In this document: positions 63,874 to 64,000 of the stretch, piece by piece
Numbering within the stretch: the stretch's first letter is position 1
Layout of the letters: each line of letters starts with the position of its first letter
From: the human T2T-CHM13v2.0 reference genome, Homo sapiens
Length of the DNA stretch: 64,000 bases
Direction: 5' to 3' (one strand)
Assembly (NCBI RefSeq): GCF_009914755.1
Contig: NC_060942.1
Program-made: the position numbers and the translations under genes
Notes under the pieces: generated by a model
Told to the model about the DNA's origin: nothing
Databases searched by the model: none
The model's input: the letters and a program-made list of their open reading frames with translations, nothing else

Positions 63874-64000
63874 TGATATGGTTTTGTGTGTCCCCACTCA
63901 AATCTCATCTTGAATTGTAACTCCCACAATTCCCACCCGTTGTGGGAGGAACCTGGCAGGAGGTGATTGAATCATGGGGGTGGGTCTTTCCCATGCTGTT
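63874..64000 (+). mobile_element. THE1 LTR 5' half, continuing beyond the window
   Basis: tgatatggttttgtgtgtccccactcaaatctcatcttgaattgta. Confidence 0.9.

Overview
Human-type (primate) genomic DNA containing the 3' end of DLGAP1 (SAPAP1/GKAP, a postsynaptic scaffold) on the minus strand. Four coding exons with canonical GT-AG boundaries and consistent phases are resolved: 36143-35722, 10183-10092, 4151-3999 and 904-695. They end in the Shank-PDZ ligand -QTRL. Read-through of the donor at 3998 encodes the alternative -GQSK C-terminus. The rest is intron: about 55 Alu-family copies, L1 fragments, MaLR LTRs, MIR/L2, a full-length but disrupted Tigger1 and a TTAA-flanked MER75 piggyBac element. 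Almost all other ORFs in the track are repeat-derived noise. I cannot support a new biological system here. The most unusual signals are structural: two Alu-anchored inverted duplications, a tandem duplication that copies a piggyBac end and preserves an empty Alu site, an apparent Alu-Alu inversion splitting a THE1 LTR, and a candidate ~20-nt 28S rRNA 3'-end retrocopy with tail and TSD. Repeat subfamily calls were made by eye from recalled consensus sequences, and repeat boundaries are approximate.
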